A stretch of DNA of 63,625 nucleotides, counting the filler, from Aduncisulcus paluster (lineage: Eukaryota), in the NCBI GenBank assembly GCA_024181965.1. It is 7 parts of 7 records of this genome, joined end to end, with 100 filler letters (N's around TTAATTAATTAA, not from the genome) between each part and the next. Parts side by side here need not be neighbours in the genome. Positions count along the whole stretch, not along the records: positions 7,576 to 14,923 come from BQXS01012611.1; positions 15,024 to 31,139 come from BQXS01012612.1; 5 more parts are not named here. The stretch is one strand, 5' to 3'. The translations under genes and the position numbers were made by a program. Positions within the stretch are counted from its first letter, which is position 1. Every line of letters starts with the position of its first letter. Shown piece after piece: positions 10,802 to 20,734 of the stretch. The notes below the pieces were generated by a model. The model was given only the letters and a program-made list of their open reading frames with translations, was not told the DNA's origin and did not search any database.

Positions 10802-13578
10802 TCAAGGTAAATCCACTCGTATTCTTTGGATAGCTCCTGTTGTGGTCCCTACAAATAAACTGTGTTCTGTCGGCCAACATATACGTGATATTCCATCATT
10901 TTGAATGAATATTTCTTTCTTGTGAGTTCCGTCAATCATTGAGAATATCTGAACAGTACTATCTGGCAATCCAGCAACAAGATAGTTTCCGTTCGGAGAG
11001 AAGGACAATCCAATTGGCCATAGTGGTAGGCTGGCAGGACTGAATAGATCGGCACCATTCAAACCACAAACACGGATAAGCTTATCTCTTGATGCAGAAG
11101 CAATAATGATTTGTCCACGGCGTACATTAGCAGCAACAGCGAGAATAAATTCAGAGTGGGCCTGTCTATTCAAAACTGGCTTATCCAAGGTCTCAGCAAC
11201 AATAAGAACACCTTCATTGGAAGGATTATCAATATCTAAAATCCAAGGTGGAAGTTTCCATGCCACAACATGGCCTGACAAGGTTCCAGCAATGACATAA
11301 TCTCCATTTGGTGAAAAATCTACACTTTTTATCCATGTATCTTCTGAGAATGAACAAGTAGCAAGACAGATGTGATGTTTTATACTCCATATTTTGACAG
11401 TGCCGTCCATACTTCCGCTGGCAACTATGGATCCTTTCTTATTCATTGCTAAAGCTAACACACTATCCCTGTGACCAGACAGTGTGTGTAAGCGAGTGCA
11501 CCGGATTGCATTCCAAAGAACGAGCATTCCATCCATCCCACCACTTACGAGGGACATAGACGGAGATAAACATGCACCTCCAACAACGGTAGAATGGGCA
11601 TGGAATTCTCCAATTAATTTCAATTCATGATCCCATATTCTTACGGCTCCATCATCACCACAACTGACAATGACAACATTTTCAATGTCTTTATCCGGTG
11701 GGAGCCTGTATTTTAGTAGTTGACGCAAAGGAACACCCTCTGCCAACTTCTTTATGATCATTTTCCGTTGAAACGAAGGAGTCTTTGGAACTTCTTCCTC
11801 ATCTTCAGCATCTTCCCTCACAGATAGAATATTAGGCCTGGAAGATGATATTTCTTCAGAAACAGAATGCAGTCCATGTTTCTCCAATTCCAGTTTGAAT
11901 GACAGCAATGACGTTTTCAAATCTGACTTCTCATTCTCACCACCTTCGACAGTGTCTCCATGATCAACTTCGGTGGATTCATACTCATCATATTCACTGG
12001 CCATCTCTTCGGCCTCATCCACGACGTTGATAGACAAGGGATGGGCAGAAATGAAGCTTGCACGATGACTTCCACTCGAATAAACGTCTGTAGGTGTAGA
12101 TAGTTTTGAACCTTTTCGAGGGATCTTCTTCTTCCTCCTCTTCTTTCCTTTCTTTGAAGGAAATTTCACTTGTGGAGTTGCACTCTGAAGTTGAAGCGAG
12201 GAAAACTCTTCTCCACTAGAAGATACAGAACCGACACGTCGATCATTCATGCTTGGCGGCACAAAAGAAGAAACGGTTGAGACAGATGTTCTCGAATAAG
12301 ACTGTGAGGTGGTCGAATATCCATCGTCAGTGTCATACTCATCGCTTGAAGAGTGTTCAGAAAGATGGGACGGAAGATCATCACTTTCGGCTTCAACTGG
12401 ATCCCTAATAGATGATCGAACATCGGAATGGACTGATATTTCCCTTGAAGACGGAGATTTATGCCATTTACCCAGTCTTTTTGCTTCACTTGTGGCATAA
12501 GAACGAATTGATTGACTCTGAAGCCCCCGAACACCTCCTTTGCATCCGCTTATAGTGAGTGGGAATAAAATAACATTGACGCAAACGAGAGAATATTTCA
12601 GTGCTCGCATTCCAAGGAATATTTGTTGCAGAGGACGCCTGAACGTGGGATGAATATCTCGAGTCACGTGTAATTTGTTGACTTGGAATAGAGAATCACA
12701 TATAGGGAAAAATGACAGCGCAGATTCAATTAAAGGAAACATCGTTCGCACAAATCTACGAGAGAAATTCACAATTACTCCTTCCAATTCCTGGCTTTTC
12801 CCATCACCTGGAGAAATAATGTTTGTAAGAATCGTATGAAGTAATCCAGAGCAGACGCACACACATATTTGTGATAAAACTCGAATGCATAGATCCAAAA
12901 GAGCACGTTCATGCTGGAGATAGGTAAGAATGGCACTGGAATCATCAGTTGCGGCAATGAGTTCAGCTAGACGTTTTCCAGCACCGGCCATACCTGCAGC
13001 AATTCCCTTTGCATGGACGTCCTGGCTTTCTTCATGTTGCTGGATACGCTGCTCCAAAACCTGATCAATAGTAACGTTATTTGTGTCCCCTTCAAGAAAC
13101 GAATAATCGTCAACTGCTTTCTTTGCTTTTTTATATCTTGGAAGTTGTTTAATGCAAGTATCGAGGACATCTCGACATTCACGGGCATCACGCCATGAAG
13201 CAATTTTGAGAGCTGAAACACTGTCAACCACTTGAGAGATTCCTTCATTCTCCTCATATGTAAAAGATTTAGATTTTTCCGATTTTCCCGAACTAGAATT
13301 ATCAATTGTATATATTTAAAAAAAACGAATATAAGGATCAAAACATCCAGGGATATGTATAGCAAAATAATACAAACATACAATAATATAACGAGATCTT
13401 TCATATTTAATAGTACTTGAGGGATGCTTTCATGGGTTGAAGTTCCATCTTCAAGCGATAAATCAAGCTTTGTTGTATCGATCCTTCTAATAGAGGTAAT
13501 AAATCTTCCACAAAGCTTTGAACTCGGAAAACAATTATATAAACTATGAAATAAACTAACTAATATATCGAACTTCAT
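10802..13578 (-). CDS. WD40-repeat protein with helical N-terminus and Ser/acidic linker (two exons, ~895 aa)
   Basis: C-terminal WD40 blades (SCGDDGAVRIWD, SGGMDGMLVLWN, GHRDSV...ASGSMDGTVKIWS). Exon 1 13578-13382 (197 nt) plus exon 2 13292-10802 (2491 nt) gives 896 codons in one frame. Confidence 0.82.
13293..13381 (-). other. Spliceosomal intron, 89 nt, phase 2
   Basis: On the minus strand it reads GTATGTT...AATTCTAG. Removal links ATG 13578 in frame to the WD40 ORF, which in the ORF track opens only at a GTG (13231). Confidence 0.8.
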
Positions 13579-13719
13579 GAAATAATTTAATAAGACATCA
13601 AAACAAGGGATTTTTCATTATTTTAATAAAATGATCAAATATATTTGCTTTTATTGATAAATATGGACATAAAACTTCATATAAAAATAAAATTATCAAA
13701 AATAATAATTATCCTTTAA

Positions 13720-14923
13720 TTAGATCCAGACTTCACTTTTTATCACGCTCAGTCGAATAACAATCCGTTCGACTATCTTTAGAAATAATGCTGTTTCACC
13801 AGAGAGCTTTCTAAGGCTTACAACTTGCATGTGATTTCCATCGTCCATTTCCACTTTTCTCAGAGCCCCACCAATAATCATTTCTCTTTGACTTGCAGTA
13901 TGTGCTTCGGATAAAATTGCAGTAAAAGCATAATCGTTATCTTGGAATCTCTTCTTTCTCTTCTTTTGTGATGATGAGGAGTACATCGCCCCTGAAGGAC
14001 CTACAGAGGTAGCAGAAGACACGTGTGATGGAGGATTCTCATCTGCTCTCTTCGTTCCTGCATCTTTGGGTCTTGGAATATGATCAAGGGCCTGTTTAAC
14101 GACTTCATCCTTGTCCTCCTGTGGAATTTCATCGTCTGCAAAGCGTACATTCGTAAATCTGTGCAATTGATATTGTTTGGAGACACCAGTGACCTCACCG
14201 AGTCCACTTTCACGAACTCCCTGTTCTTCTTTCCTTCTCTTCGCTTTTATACTCTTCATCATGGCAATTTCTTCACCGTTCAGGCCACTACCCATTCGCC
14301 AACGCATATTTTCATTTTTCAGAACAGAGAGCAGATATATCATAGTTTGGGGTGCATTAACAACTGACTCAGGCCAAAGAGGGAAACCATAGCGAAAGAT
14401 ATACCGTTTAGACTTCATTTCAGGCATGATTCGGAACCTTCGATGAGCACGTAACGTTCCTGACCGGCCATGTTGTTTCAAAATTGGAGATCCACGACTT
14501 TTTCCTTGAGGGAATCGAGCAGGTGAAGAAGTTCCAAACGGTAACGATTCTGTTGTTTGCTGATGTGATCCATGGGATATTTCGATTATTGAGGAAATAT
14601 GCCTGTGTGGTTGTTCACTTTGTTCTCCACTGAATTTCCTTCGATGAGACGGGTGGGAGTGATCGTGACCATTTATACAACTACTGCCCTCATCATCAAT
14701 GAGTTTGCCTTTGTCTTCCCATCGCCCTTCTTCTCTCTTCTTCCTCAAAGCATTCTCTTCACATTCACCAACTGCCCCGATATATCCACACAGGATATCC
14801 CCACTAAACAGATCCAAATCCTGGCTGATACCAACGTCTGTCTTATCACATGGTCTCTTCCCAAAATACGTAGCCTTTCCGTCTTTTATATCTGTAGTTG
14901 ATTCATATCTGGACTTGCCTTTC
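13720..14923 (-). CDS. 5'-truncated protein; C-terminus resembles a KA1/AMPK-alpha C-terminal domain
   Basis: The frame is open to the contig end. Segments FRYGF...PQTMIYLLSVLKNENMRWR and VVSLRKLSGETALFLKIVERIVIRL match the pattern of SNF1/AMPK/MARK C-terminal domains. No kinase domain is visible in the window. Confidence 0.45.
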
Positions 14924-15023
14924 NNNNNNNNNNNNNNNNNNNNNNNNNNNNNNNNNNNNNNNNNNNNTTAATTAATTAANNNNNNNNNNNNNNNNNNNNN
15001 NNNNNNNNNNNNNNNNNNNNNNN
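14924..15023. other. Artificial contig linker
   Basis: N44-TTAATTAATTAA-N44. Confidence 0.97.
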
Positions 15024-15025
15024 CA

Positions 15026-17377
15026 GCTGTTCAATCGTTATGTTCTTCTTCTGCTGCTGAAAACATTCTCTCCTCACTGACTGTGGATGATCTCTCCACC
15101 ATCACATCTCTCACCATCCCAACCACCGTGGCTTCCCTCTCAGGGCTTGAAGATGCCGAGCACCTTGAAATCCTTTCGTTTGAGCCTGGGAACACTCTCA
15201 TCTCTAATCTATCACCCATTGCATCCTTATCCTCGTTGTATGTGCTTGAGCTCGATTCCCTTGAAAACATGGATGTATCACTTCTGAGCACATTGACGGA
15301 TGCTGTCGGTGCTCTGAAGATGGATCTTGAGTCTGACACTTCACGCTGGAATGGAACGTCTGAATCGTACTGTGTTGGTCTGTGTTCGTTGCGTTCCTTG
15401 GAGATCAGCGGGAGTGATGATTCCATTGGTTCCGACCTATCATCATTTACTTCTTTGCTGAACAACATTGCCATGTGCAGTGGTCAGTGTGTTGACAGTT
15501 ATGATGATGCCTCTCCTTCTGATGGAACGAAAGTGTATCCATTGTCATCCACTCTGACACATCTTGATCTGTCCTCCAATGGTATCTCTGACCCTACCAT
15601 CGTTTCACTCCAGCCTGGTTTCTCTGGTGTGACACATCTGACTCTGAGTGACAACTCCATCTCTGACCTTGCTCTGTTGCAACAGACCATTGATGGTCTT
15701 GGGAATGTCGCATATGTTGATGTGAGTGACAATAGACTTGATTGTGGGTCGACTGTGTCTGAATGTTTCGAAACCCTTGATGAACTGTGTGAGCGAGATT
15801 TGTCAGGAGATGGTGTTGAAATTGTGTTCGGAGATGTGGATGACCCATCCGGATTCGTTTCCCAGGATACGACGTCTGCATGTGGATCTGACTCTTCCTC
15901 TACTTCTTCCTCTTCATCATCATGTTCATATCTGGAAGATCATCGTGTGTGTGGAGTTGATTACTCTGTGGATGATGTGGATGACACTGAGTTGGCATGC
16001 ATCTGTGGGTCAGGATACTATGAAGACATATCCTCTGGTGAATGTGTGTTAGCTTCTTCTTCTTCTTCTGCATGCTCCAACTGTGGTGGTGAGCGTGGTA
16101 CATGTGTGTATGATGCTGACTTTGACTCTGGTGATGAATCCTCCCCACTATTCTGTGAGTGTTCAGATGGATGGTATGGAACTGATTGTGCGTCCCTTTG
16201 TCCTGTTTCTGATGATCTTGGTTTGTGCAGTGGATCATCTCGTGGAACATGTGATGCTGCCACCCATACGTGTGTGTGTGAGTCTGAGTATTATGGCTCA
16301 GCATGCCAATTGAGTTGTTCCGATGACGATTCTTGTGAGGGGAATGGAACATGTTCTGTTGGATCCTTCCTTGATCCATCCTCTTCTGATCCTTCTTCTG
16401 TGTTTTCTGAAGCTATTGTATGTGAATGTTCCTCAGGATGGTATGGATCATCATGTTTCTCAACAATTCCCACCGATGTATTTGTATCTTCTGATGGAGA
16501 TGCTGAGGACTATCTTTGTGGTAGGGATTATTCTTATTCCGATAGTTCTGATCCCACAACCGCAAGCTATTCTGCATATGCGAATGAATCATCATCCACA
16601 TGTGAATGTGCTCCACATGGCCTTGCTCTGAGTTCGTCTTCTGGGACATGCATTGATCCTGCAACACACCCAGATTATAAGGATATACCTGGAAATGATA
16701 CAGCATGCTCTGAATGTGGCACCTCTGCTTCGAGCCATGGTGTTTGTGAGTTGAATGAGGAGACCATGGTTGCTTCTTGTTCATGCGAACATGGTTGGAA
16801 CGGTTCGTATTGTGATGCGAATATTTGCCCAATTTCTTCGGATGGAGTTTTGTGTGGTGGACATGGTGAGTGTAATACTGCAACAGGTGAATGTGAATGT
16901 GTGGTGGACACAAGTGATGAAGATGGCACGAATCCACAATACATTTGGTATGGAGATGCTTGTACCCATGAATGTCCATCACACCCTTCAAGTGACGTTC
17001 TCTGTTCAGGTCTTGGTGTGTGCAACCCTCTCACTCACTCGTGTCTGTGTGCATGGGGATTCAGTGGAGATGCATGCCAGTGGAACATGTGTGCCATTGG
17101 ATATGGTGAGTATGGGTATGACTCCGAATGTTTCGACCATGGTTCGTGTATTGCTGGTGATTCCTCCAAGAATGAGCCTCCCTTCTACTGTTCGTGTAAG
17201 GTAGGTTGGGGTGGAATGTTCTGTGAACGTGACATTTGTTTGTGTGAAACTGAGTCTTCGTATGGATGTGCCACGATCAGTGATGGGTCCAGAGCTTGTA
17301 AATGCAAGGAAGGATGGTACGGAAGAGCTTGTGAGAGGAGATATTCGGGTTCACAGAGGCCATATAGTTTCTTTTAA
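15026..17377 (+). CDS. 5'-truncated LRR + tenascin-type EGF-repeat Cys-rich protein, no C-terminal TM
   Basis: LRR motifs (LSGLEDAEHLEIL, LTHLDLSSNGISD, VTHLTLSDNSISD) precede many CxCxxGWxGxxC / CxGHGxC repeats. It is a paralog of 7576..8904, sharing CGGERGxCVY. Confidence 0.85.
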   Translation, partial: AVQSLCSSSAAENILSSLTVDDLSTITSLTIPTTVASLSGLEDAEHLEILSFEPGNTLISNLSPIASLSSLYVLELDSLENMDVSLLSTLTDAVGALKMDLESDTSRWNGTSESYCVGLCSLRSLEISGSDDSIGSDLSSFTSLLNNIAMCSGQCVDSYDDASPSDGTKVYPLSSTLTHLDLSSNGISDPTIVSLQPGFSGVTHLTLSDNSISDLALLQQTIDGLGNVAYVDVSDNRLDCGSTVSECFETLDELCERDLSGDGVEIVFGDVDDPSGFVSQDTTSACGSDSSSTSSSSSSCSYLEDHRVCGVDYSVDDVDDTELACICGSGYYEDISSGECVLASSSSSACSNCGGERGTCVYDADFDSGDESSPLFCECSDGWYGTDCASLCPVSDDLGLCSGSSRGTCDAATHTCVCESEYYGSACQLSCSDDDSCEGNGTCSVGSFLDPSSSDPSSVFSEAIVCECSSGWYGSSCFSTIPTDVFVSSDGDAEDYLCGRDYSYSDSSDPTTASYSAYANESSSTCECAPHGLALSSSSGTCIDPATHPDYKDIPGNDTACSECGTSASSHGVCELNEETMVASCSCEHGWNGSYCDANICPISSDGVLCGGHGECNTATGECECVVDTSDEDGTNPQYIWYGDACTHECPSHPSSDVLCSGLGVCNPLTHSCLCAWGFSGDACQWNMCAIGYGEYGYDSECFDHGSCIAGDSSKNEPPFYCSCKVGWGGMFCERDICLCETESSYGCATISDGSRACKCKEGWYGRACERRYSGSQRPYSFF

Positions 17378-18055
17378 CTGAGAGTTTCTTTTAATTAATT
17401 CTTTATTTATTTTAACTATACTGTACTGTACCTATCTTATAATGGCTTTTTTTTAGCCTTTTTGTCTATTATTTGTTATTTTTTGGACGATCCATTTTTT
17501 ACTTAATTTTATTTTGTTATAAATTCTGAGATTTTGGAATCTCATTTTATATTTATATATATATATTCATAATTACTTGACTTTGATTCTTTCAAATTCT
17601 TAATGATTTTACAAGATCTATTGTTTTCTGATCCTACTTCAACCGATCGATCAAACTTTAAGCTTTGCATTTTCTACAAATTTCACCAATTTCACTCGAT
17701 CAGATCTTTATATTTTCTTTTAACTCAACTTTTCAAAGGATTCATCTCATTGGTGTCCAACGCGTTGGATAGTTCGGTATGCCAACGTAGATCAGATTAA
17801 AATGACTTGTGAGTGGAGCTACTCAGGTTCTTAGAGGCAATATAGTATATTTTTTTAATTTTATCATTTCTCTTGATGTTTTTATTATTAATATTTATTT
17901 GTTATTATTGATGTTATTGATTTTTGTTTCAAACGATTCCCTTTCAAAGGAACGTATGATAACAACACTACTAGTGCAAATATAGTATATTTTGGTAAGG
18001 TGCCAAGAAAAGTGGAAAATCAATCTCCTCCCCCTAAAAGGCGCTTGAGTTTGTA

Positions 18056-18085
18056 GTACAGTATAGTACAGTATAGTACAGTATA
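18056..18085. repeat. Tandem repeat (GTACAGTATA)x3
   Basis: Three perfect 10-nt copies read directly. Confidence 0.9.
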
Positions 18086-18600
18086 TTTTCCCGGGGATTG
18101 ATAGATAGTGCCGGCATTATTTACCCTACATTTTCCCGAGATGTTTTCTCGCTTTCTATTTCAAGGGAACTTTTCCCTCGAATAAATACAAGGGAATTAA
18201 TACAAATAGATTTATATGACAAACCCAAATTTCTGTTTATCCTGTAATCTCATACCGTGTGAAGCCTTCAAGGCTTGTGAAGTTCACAGAGTGACTTCAG
18301 TCGTTCTGGCATGTCTTCAACAGCAAGTAGGAAATCATTAGTCCTTTAACCTGATTTGATGGTTTTAAAAACGCAAACTGTCCATTTAATGCTCCATTTC
18401 TTACCAAATTGATATGGAACAGATATAATAATTCTATAGAGTTCATCTTCCCCCTTTCAAGAAATTTGGAAATGATATTATTTAATAAAATAATTTAATA
18501 ATTTTTTCGAGGGAGGATTTTCGCTCTATCCTTCACGAAAGTCATAATATCAAAGTATTGAGTATTTTCTTGCGATAGCAACATTTAAACAATTTTGCAG

Positions 18601-18908
18601 ATATTTCCATTGGATTCCTGTACTCTGTTAATGGTTTGTGTTGTATTATATTCCTCTTTGGATGGGATTATTCTTTAGATTTTCTGTGGATGTTTGGAGG
18701 TGTCGCCGCTGCTGTTCTCTCTATATTCATTCTCATTCATTCCATAATTAATATGTGCGGAATTGAATGGGGAATGCACAAAGCAAGAGAATATCAAGGA
18801 TGCAGTGATTGTCAATGTTTTAAGAAGAAAGTTGTTCTTTTACCAACAATTTGTGAAGAGTTCAAAATCCCAGATGAAAATAGTGCACTGACAGAAATTA
18901 GAGCCTAA
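18601..18908 (+). pseudogene. C-terminal fragment paralogous to the adjacent multi-TM gene
   Basis: ISIGFLYSVNGLCCIIFLFGWDYSLDFLWMFG...LIHSI aligns with IPIGSVYVLNGLSCILFLFGWYYSVTFLWIFG...IIHSI of 19219..20325. No 5' part or upstream ATG is visible. Confidence 0.6.
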
Positions 18909-19218
18909 AACAAAATATCCCATGAGTGTTTTTTTCATCTGTTGCTCATATTTGAGCCTTCTATTCTCATCACAGAGGTTCTATTAATACAGAAAAATCA
19001 AAATGGTAAAATTTAATCATTACATTTAAATTATCTTCATCTTGTACAAGTTATACATAGCCATTGCTAAATTTCTATTAGTTGTCGGACAAATACTAAA
19101 ATTGGATCAATTCAATTTCTGGTTGTCTACCGGCACCTGCCGGTCCGTATTCGTTTTATCCCCCGCAAAACTGACTGCCTTCGATTTCCTGACAATTCTT
19201 CAATTTAACATTAAAAAA

Positions 19219-20325
19219 ATGCATCAATCTCAATTTAACGTTTCAAAGAGATCAGTAATTACATTTCTTACCGTTGTTTGTTGCATAATCCATCTTGTTT
19301 GTTCTCTGCCTTCATCCAAAATTCCTCAAGGCGCTGAAGGCGTGCAAATTGCTAATTCTCTCGATAATTCGGATGAAAAACTCACCCCAATGCATTCCAT
19401 TACGAAAAATGGACTTATCTGGATTGACTTTTTATCAATTGGATGGATAATAGCGGGTGGTCTCCTAAGTTTTATTCTTTTTGGCATCTATTATATTATT
19501 TCTTGTTGTGATCCACTTGATCTTGTTTCTAACCCTTTAGATTTAGAACCAACATCTGGATTTTTTGGATTAGAGATAAAAATATTTCCAAGTTCTTTTT
19601 GCGGTTTATTGCTCGTTTGTTATCCCATGCTTTTACATACTTCTGAGAATCGAGGATGGGTAATATTTGGAATTGTAATGGGCGTTTTGAATTTCTTCTT
19701 TGGATTTGGGAGTTGGGGTGCCGAGTGGAGTTCATCTTCTATCTCCGAGTTTAGTACCAATCGTCACGGAAAGATAAGTATAACTAATTGTCTGTGCGGA
19801 TTTCTTATTTTTTTTTGCTGTGCAGCATCACTCGCTTTGTGGTTCTATTTTGGTGGTTGGCTCTATATGGTGCCAATAATTCTATTTGTTTTTGATACAA
19901 TCGTGTGCGGTTGGTTATTTGTTCCTACAGACGCAACAGAAGCACCAATCCAATCTCTGTTGTCGTTTATGCTTTTCATTTCCGCATTTGTTCCAACCAT
20001 TATTCTTGGGATCATAGCTTCAAATGAAAGACGATTGGGCTTGGTCATCACTGGAAGTATAATAATATTCTTCGCCTCATTATGCATTTTTGGAGCCAAT
20101 TTTATCTCCGATGCTGAAAATATTCCGATTGGAAGTGTGTATGTACTTAATGGCTTGAGTTGTATATTATTCCTCTTTGGATGGTATTATTCTGTAACCT
20201 TTCTGTGGATATTTGGAGTTGGCATTGCTGGTATCCTCACAACCATCGTAATTATCCATTCCATCAAGAAAACACGAGAATTGGTACACTACAGAAGAGG
20301 TGGGTACTGGCAACTTGGTAGATAA
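19219..20325 (+). CDS. Orphan polytopic membrane protein (368 aa) with signal-peptide-like N-terminus
   Basis: First ATG at 19219 (MHQSQF...). An N-terminal hydrophobic segment is followed by roughly nine hydrophobic helices. No family recognised. Confidence 0.75.
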   Translation: MHQSQFNVSKRSVITFLTVVCCIIHLVCSLPSSKIPQGAEGVQIANSLDNSDEKLTPMHSITKNGLIWIDFLSIGWIIAGGLLSFILFGIYYIISCCDPLDLVSNPLDLEPTSGFFGLEIKIFPSSFCGLLLVCYPMLLHTSENRGWVIFGIVMGVLNFFFGFGSWGAEWSSSSISEFSTNRHGKISITNCLCGFLIFFCCAASLALWFYFGGWLYMVPIILFVFDTIVCGWLFVPTDATEAPIQSLLSFMLFISAFVPTIILGIIASNERRLGLVITGSIIIFFASLCIFGANFISDAENIPIGSVYVLNGLSCILFLFGWYYSVTFLWIFGVGIAGILTTIVIIHSIKKTRELVHYRRGGYWQLGR

Positions 20326-20734
20326 TAACTAATAGTTATTATACATATCATTGACGAAAAAATTATTTATATATGCATTCAAAATAGCCTGGAATATCTT
20401 CTTTTCACATAAACCAAGTATTTTTGCAATTGGGAGCTGATTATTGTCTAATAATTTTGCATGTAAACTATTCTTAATTGATTACTCTCAATAAAATTAA
20501 CCTTTTAATTTTCGTAAATGAAATATTTAAATATCTCGTTAATTAATAATAATTTTTCATTTTAACAAAGTGAAAATTTATTAAAATACTTATAATATTA
20601 TGTGAGCCTCCAAGATTGTTGTTGATCTTAATAATTTTCGCCATTTAAAAAAAATTGAATTCATTTCTCCCGTTTTTGCTTATTGTATGCATTAATTTTC
20701 TGTATATTATAATTTTTTATTTTTTATTGTTAAA

